Shown here piece after piece: positions 61,900 through 64,000 of a stretch of 64,000 nt of DNA. The stretch comes from Octopus sinensis (Eukaryota), in the NCBI RefSeq assembly GCF_006345805.1, contig NC_043000.1, positions 75,144,001-75,208,000 of the forward strand, in the 5' to 3' direction. How positions within the stretch are numbered: the stretch's first letter is position 1; each line of letters begins with the position of its first letter. Under the pieces are notes generated by a model that saw nothing but the letters and a program-made list of their open reading frames with translations, was not told where the DNA came from and did no database searches. Made by a program: the position numbers and the translations under genes.

Positions 61900-63800
61900 T
61901 ATCACTATTATAAATACTTACCTTCTTATCAGGTGCAAAACCTTGACATGATAAAAAGTACATATCTGGAAAGAGAAGTTGGAACAAAGGCAAACATGTA
62001 TAGTGCAAGATTGGGGTACACCCAAATCAGACTTCTCACAGGCAAGGAACACAAGATTTCTGACAGGTGAGCAAATTCTATGAAATTCTCTTACAGATTG
62101 CCTCTTTAATATCAACAGCAACCTTGATATCATGGCCGATCGTGTTGGGCAAGTATATGCAAAGACTATAGTTATAGTATAAGTAATAAAAAGGCTCATA
62201 TAGGTCTTTGATACAAATGACCCAACTATTTACAACACAAATTATAAAAAGCTGGTCAATCACATAATCACTTACTACTCAGGCAAACATACAGGAAATG
62301 AATTGAACAACTTTCCCAGGTGAAGAATTGTGCTATTCAGTGCAGTCCATCTAGCTTCTGTAATAATTGTTTGATGGATTCAAAGACACAAGACAATGTG
62401 GAGAAGGAGAATATTGATGTACCCCACTCCACCCCTGACATACATATGTTTTAAAGAAGTAATGTACAACTCCTAAAATGAGAAACAAGATGTGATAAAG
62501 AACTCTAACATAAAAGACAACTGGAAGATTTTTGAAGGACAACTTGCTGAAAGCTTCAGGCTAGATTGTAGAGTATAGCTCAAGAGGAAAATAACACATG
62601 GTGATGGTGGAAGTACAGTAAATGAAACCACAGAAACCAAGAGGAAGCCTTGAAAGAATGAAAGAAAAGGGCAACCAGGAATGATATTGGATAGGTAGAA
62701 GAGAAGCTATATGAAAAGTATACTTTGCATAGAAAGGAGCTGAAAGCAAGAAGCTGGCATTATGCTGTGCTACAAGGATCAGAGATATGTGGGATGTGGA
62801 TTGTGAAGTGCTCTGTCAGTGTAAATCAGACATCATTAGTATAAAGTGCATATATAATGACAGTGGTATACTCTTCTTCAGCAATTCAAAGAAAGAGGCA
62901 CAGAAATTCTACAATGAGAAGCTGCTAAACAAGAAAGATGCATGGAGAAGACAGGTACTACATGATGCAGGTCTAAGAGACTAGCTACTAAGTTGAAAGT
63001 TATGCAATTGAAATGGTCATTAATGATACAATGACAAAGGAAGCAGAAGGACAGTCACCAAGATGCTGAAATATGTGGCAAAGTAGAAGGCTTGCAAGTC
63101 ACTTGCATGGTCAATCAGTTAGTATGGGAAAGTATTATCTCCACTGATTGGTGTAAAAATACCATCATTTTCTGCAAGGATAAAAGAGGTGCTCTACAAA
63201 AAGCAACTAGAAAAGCATTATATTGATGGACTAAATTATAAAAGTGACTTGAAGAATTGTAGCACAGCTAATCAGACAGAATCAACTTACATGCCTTCTT
63301 AGTGTGACAATTACAGAAGTTCTAAGAGCCAACCACTATACCTAACATGTGTTGACCTGGTGAAAGCTTGTGACAAAGTACCATGCTCTGTAGTTTAGTC
63401 ATTGCTAAGAAACTCCATGGTAGAGGAATGGTAGATGAAAGCTCCATAAACCATTTACAGAGATGCTGTCAGCAAAGTGAGAATTAGTAACAAACTTAGA
63501 TACAAATTTAGTATACTGGCAGATGTCCACCAGAGCTTCCCCACTTCTGTTTACTATAATTCTCTAGGTGTTCTAAAATGGCTGCCCATGGGATACACGA
63601 TACTGACAACATAGTTATAGGCCAAATCACTTAAAAAATTAGAGGAAAAGCAGAGCATAGTAAATCTATCAAAGATAAAAAGTTTTAGCAAGAATGAATA
63701 CAAAACATTTTGCCATCTTGAAAGTGGATATACTTGACATGCAGATAAAGAGGGGTAGGAATTCTAAACTGGATATCCTACTAAATTATGATTGCAGAGA
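61900..63800 (+). mobile_element. Ancient, highly degraded RTE-clade LINE
   Basis: Remnants resembling KFYEILLQ..IMAD..VGQ (endonuclease, ~62060-62150), KCIYNDSGIL..KLLNK (62787-62984) and tgtgttgacctggtgaaagcttgtgacaaagtacc ~ FVDLEKAFDRVP (~63345-63385); boundaries approximate. Confidence 0.55.
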
Positions 63801-64000
63801 AGAAGCAGTGTGGTTGACAGAGAAAGTAGAGCTTCATATGTAGCAAATAATGAACAGGAGTAATTAGTAATATGATCACTCAAGGAATTCATTTTTTCAA
63901 ATGCCCAGAATATTCATTAAAAATAGTCAACAACAGTTACCTATGTAACATAATCAACTGTAGAAATATTATTACCAAAGCATAGCATCAGAGAAAGAAC

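Noticed and set aside
59100-61900. Possible host exons (ORFs 59337-59657, 60929-61120, 61457-61831)
   Set aside because: Short, no recognisable domain or consistent splice pattern; cannot be supported from sequence alone.

Overview
AT-rich eukaryotic DNA made almost entirely of nested transposable elements embedded in long (TA)n microsatellites; the SINE/LINE repertoire suggests an octopus or other coleoid cephalopod (inference from recalled repeat motifs, not a database hit). No host protein-coding gene could be supported. Contents: Tc1/mariner and hAT remnants, several RTE-clade and CR1-like LINE copies, tRNA-derived SINEs, non-autonomous Helitron-like elements, an LTR-less Ty3/gypsy pol remnant, and many Penelope-like elements (PLEs; Naiad-type and Neptune-type GIY-YIG). 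The strongest unexplained signal is a cluster of about 11 type I hammerhead ribozyme (HHR) motifs from about 6 unrelated families. These include (i) an 823-bp non-coding element (14534-15356) built as HHR-repeat / 161-bp core / HHR-repeat, which would release a structured 492-nt monomer (retrozyme/circRNA candidate), and (ii) three PLE insertions with the same head-to-head fold-back architecture, each carrying an HHR in both arms. There is also an ~4-kb inverted duplication (4223-8227 / 18795-22411) and a 100-N assembly gap. All folds and alignments were done by eye; some palindromes could be long-read assembly artefacts.
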